DNA of 64,000 nucleotides from Marinicella sp. (GTDB lineage Bacteria; Pseudomonadota; Gammaproteobacteria; Xanthomonadales; Marinicellaceae): the NCBI GenBank assembly GCA_965230295.1, contig OZ246001.1, forward strand, positions 1,536,001-1,600,000. The letters are read 5' to 3'. The notes under the pieces are model-generated. The model saw only the letters and a program-made list of their open reading frames with translations. It made no database searches and was not told where the DNA came from. Shown piece by piece: positions 60,788 to 64,000 of this stretch (positions are counted from its first letter, which is position 1; every line of letters begins with the position of its first letter). A program made the position numbers and the translations under genes.

Positions 60788-61636
60788 TTAATTTTTTCCA
60801 GATGGTGGCCTATATGGAGTATGGAATGTGATGCCATCTCCAATATTGACACCTGAATCATGGCTTATGATTCCCAAACGCGCTTCTGATACCCGCAAAG
60901 TATTGGTCTTGAATGGTGAAACAAAAGTATGGAATTCTTTCAATTCACTCGGGTCAGGCTTTTGATTGGCATATGGGCTGATGTCCAACAAAACCGGTTG
61001 TTCTTCGTAATTAGAATCAATCCTGGTCAATCCTGAATGTACAGACACACGGGTTTGTGTGCCACCATTTACACTGTTGTTGGTGTTGACCATGAAATAC
61101 AACAAACCTTGATGTATGTCACTGGGTAACCAGACATGATCTTTAGTATATTGTTGGACAGGGCCGTTTTCCGGGAAGCTGTACCACATCAAATGGACTT
61201 TCCATTTAAAATCTCCATTAGAAAGTGGTTTTTTCTTGATTCGAATCAGCATGTTTTTGGCTTCCGTTTCAATTCCATCTCCAACGGGATCGCCTTTGGC
61301 CCATAGCTCAAAAAACGTCACCCGATTACCTGTAGAAATCAATGACAACACTTCTGCAAAATCGATCGCAAAAGAATAGTTGTAACCGCTTACATTGGTA
61401 TCCAGTTCAGGCAAGAAATATGCATAATCGACTTCACCGCCTTCTGGCACATTGGCCACAAACACTTGATCCTCACAGTTACCACCACGAAAATCTTCTG
61501 TTAGCTCTGAGGTTGTGTTGGTGTGTTCAAACGGGTTAAGCCAGGATAAGTTTCCTTGAAAGTTCTGCTCTTCACAATCAAGAGCAATGGCTGACTGAGT
61601 TATTAACAACATTAAAAATACTTTTTTCATAATCAT
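60788..61636 (-). CDS. Hypothetical secreted protein
   Basis: Signal peptide M(IM)KKVFLMLLITQSAIA with an AAGGA RBS. Confidence 0.75.
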   Translation of the reverse strand: MIMKKVFLMLLITQSAIALDCEEQNFQGNLSWLNPFEHTNTTSELTEDFRGGNCEDQVFVANVPEGGEVDYAYFLPELDTNVSGYNYSFAIDFAEVLSLISTGNRVTFFELWAKGDPVGDGIETEAKNMLIRIKKKPLSNGDFKWKVHLMWYSFPENGPVQQYTKDHVWLPSDIHQGLLYFMVNTNNSVNGGTQTRVSVHSGLTRIDSNYEEQPVLLDISPYANQKPDPSELKEFHTFVSPFKTNTLRVSEARLGIISHDSGVNIGDGITFHTPYRPPSGKN

Positions 61637-61668
61637 TCCTTTTAAAAATCTACGCGATGTTACCAACA

Positions 61669-64000
61669 TTAAAAGACGGTCTCAAGTTGATTCAGATTAT
61701 TTTCTGCCAAAATAAGTAACTTGTCAGATTTTTGCAAATTAATTCGCATAATCGGTACAGACTCATCCAATAAGGCCTTGGCTTCTGAATAGTTGTTTTG
61801 TTTAATCAAGGCATAGGCCAGAATCGATTGGGTGATGGTGACATTGTTCCTGGCCTTTCGGTTTTTTTGTTCGAAATATGAAACCAAATCCTCCAGCAAC
61901 TCAGTCGCTTCTGCAATTCGGCCCACTTCAATCAAAGCCAATGCATATTCAACACTCATGATTTTCAAATTGTTTTGGCTGCCATTGTTGTCTCTTATTA
62001 ATTTAAAAGCCTTTTCAAAATAAGACAAAGATTCACTGTGCTTTTTCAAATGTGTAGAAGTAACAGAACCTAAACTGTAGTATTGAACAGACAGACGTAA
62101 AGAGTTTTCACCAAAGTATTTGACTTTAATTTCCAGGGCCTTGTTATAGTGCTCGATTGCTTTAACATATTGACCCAGTGCTTTTTCGATGTTTCCCAGT
62201 AAATGTTCAAATGAAGCAACTCTCAGGTGTTCTGAACCATAGACTTCATCTACGATAACCCTGGCTTTTTCAATGTATTGTTTCGAGAGTTCAAATTGAA
62301 AGTCTCTTTTATAATTTTTTGCTAAGTCATAATAAATATTGGCAAGCCGGATTGATTCATCACTGAAAGAAGATTCAAGTATGTCTCTAATTTCTACAAA
62401 AACTGCCAGCTTCTTTTCCGTATTGCCATATTCTGGATCAATCGATGTATAAAACATAAGGGCGTCAACGTACTCCAGTGAAGCCTTGGTGTGTTGTTCG
62501 ATGGCCCTTTCTGTCAATTGTTTGGCCAGCTCGAGTGCCTGGGCTTCGTCCTCATTAGATTTCAATAATTGAGACTTGATTTGGGTGTATTGGGCATACT
62601 GCTTGTAGTCTTGTAGATTGGGTTGATCAATGTCTTGCAACAATTCATAGGATTCAGATATTTGACCTGTTTTGTGTTTAACTTCAACCATATCAAGCCT
62701 ATGATCCATCATCAGGTATTCATCTTTTATGGCATACATGCTGTCCCACATCCGTTCAGCACCGGAGAAGTCGGATAGATTGAAGTACACTTCACCCACC
62801 ACAGATTTCAGGCGGTTATTGATTTGTGGGTTCAAACCCTTGGAGAGGATCAGGTGTTCAGATTGCTGTAGGATATCTGCGGCGGTTACTTGAGTGCCCA
62901 AAGTTCTGGTCGGGTCTGCCGACTTGAAGGTATCCACCAGGAAGGTGGTGACTTCTTCGGCCACTTGTTTTTCAGTGAGGGCCTTGTCTCTTTCTTCAGA
63001 GATGATCTTCGATTGTTGCCATATCATGACCGAGGAAGTGGCCAACACAGTAAATATGGCCGTCATTGCACTGACCGGTAACCAGTGTTTACGCAATTGC
63101 TTTTTCAGACGGTAAGCCGTTTGGCTTTGTTTGATTTGCAAAGGCTCATGATTCAGGTAATGGTCGATGTCAGCAGCCATCTCTCGTACACTCAGGTACC
63201 GTTCATGTGGTTCTTTCTTTAAGGCATGCGAAACAATGGCATCCAAATCACCCTTGAGTTTGTGGGCCCAGTTAGGGGCGACCAGTTTGGCTTTACTCAG
63301 CAACCGACTGGGTAATGTGGGCAACTCTTGATTGATCACCTGCTCAATCTCACCCCAGGTCTTACCCACCAACTCAAAGGCATGTTGATCAGTCAACATT
63401 TGATACAATAACAAGCCCAACACATACACATCACAAGAGACGGTGATCGGATCGCCGTTGATCTGTTCGGGTGCGGCATATTGCGGTGTTAAGGCTGTGG
63501 TGCCCACAATGGTTTCATGCACTTGATCGGTACCTGGCAGGGTCTTCAGCGGTTTGGCAATACCAAAGTCTAACAATTTCACCTCACCCTGCTCGGTCAC
63601 CAGGATATTACCCGGTTTCAAATCACGGTGCACAATCAAGTTACTGTGAGCAAAGGCCACGGCTTCACAGATTTTTTGAAACAAAGCCAAACGCTCAGTA
63701 AGGCTCAGCTGCTTATGTTGACAATATTGATCAATGGGCTCCCCATCGATGTATTCCATCACGTAGTAGGCTTGCCCTGTTTCACTGCCGGCGTCGATCA
63801 ACCGAGCGATGTTCGGATGTTCTAAGCTGGCCAGAATGCGCCTCTCGGTATCAAAACGGGCCTGTGATTGGGCATCCATGGTGTGGTGATTCAGCACTTT
63901 GATGGCCACTTTTTGGATCACTTCATCATCCCTTTGAGCCAGATACACTTGGCCCATTCCACCGGAACCTAAGGGTTTGATAATTTGGTATTTACCAAAG
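61669..64000 (-). CDS. Ser/Thr protein kinase with TM and C-terminal TPR region (5' end outside the window)
   Basis: LGSGGMGQVY, VAIK, HRDLKPGN, DFG and APE motifs plus TPR-like helices. The frame is open to the window edge. Confidence 0.93.
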   Translation of the reverse strand, partial: FGKYQIIKPLGSGGMGQVYLAQRDDEVIQKVAIKVLNHHTMDAQSQARFDTERRILASLEHPNIARLIDAGSETGQAYYVMEYIDGEPIDQYCQHKQLSLTERLALFQKICEAVAFAHSNLIVHRDLKPGNILVTEQGEVKLLDFGIAKPLKTLPGTDQVHETIVGTTALTPQYAAPEQINGDPITVSCDVYVLGLLLYQMLTDQHAFELVGKTWGEIEQVINQELPTLPSRLLSKAKLVAPNWAHKLKGDLDAIVSHALKKEPHERYLSVREMAADIDHYLNHEPLQIKQSQTAYRLKKQLRKHWLPVSAMTAIFTVLATSSVMIWQQSKIISEERDKALTEKQVAEEVTTFLVDTFKSADPTRTLGTQVTAADILQQSEHLILSKGLNPQINNRLKSVVGEVYFNLSDFSGAERMWDSMYAIKDEYLMMDHRLDMVEVKHKTGQISESYELLQDIDQPNLQDYKQYAQYTQIKSQLLKSNEDEAQALELAKQLTERAIEQHTKASLEYVDALMFYTSIDPEYGNTEKKLAVFVEIRDILESSFSDESIRLANIYYDLAKNYKRDFQFELSKQYIEKARVIVDEVYGSEHLRVASFEHLLGNIEKALGQYVKAIEHYNKALEIKVKYFGENSLRLSVQYYSLGSVTSTHLKKHSESLSYFEKAFKLIRDNNGSQNNLKIMSVEYALALIEVGRIAEATELLEDLVSYFEQKNRKARNNVTITQSILAYALIKQNNYSEAKALLDESVPIMRINLQKSDKLLILAENNLNQLETVF

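Overview
Chromosomal window from what looks like a marine gammaproteobacterium. A Xanthomonadales/Marinicella-like affinity is an impression from gene content, not tested. Housekeeping blocks are kynU (partial, not in the ORF track), tpm, gap-pgk-fba(class I)-maeB-aceE-aceF-orf-lpdA, two tandem alanine/glycine symporters, pilT-pilU, a btuB-like receptor with a cobalamin riboswitch, P-II, phoR-pstSCAB-phoU with Pho boxes and a divergent porin, an MBOAT/SGNH acyltransferase pair, and a partial Ser/Thr kinase-TPR gene. The main accessory feature is an integrase-less, AT-rich island of about 17 kb at a tRNA-Arg(TCG), bounded by a 13-bp tRNA 3'-end direct repeat (5744-5756 and 22628-22640). It encodes a signal-peptide-bearing 2340-aa SpvB/FG-GAP/RHS polymorphic toxin with a putative lipase-type tip. 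Downstream lie four lipoprotein immunity candidates, orphan toxin tips (one Tox-REase-7-like), duplicated HEAT-repeat genes and a KAP NTPase. Non-coding highlights are (1) a dispersed modular element present as a compact copy (5432-5586) and an inverted, hairpin-expanded collinear copy (48044-48628), (2) degenerate tRNA halves on both sides of the tRNA, (3) a GGA-rich CsrB/RsmZ-like sRNA candidate (about 60430-60625), and (4) a cobalamin riboswitch with a large internal insertion.
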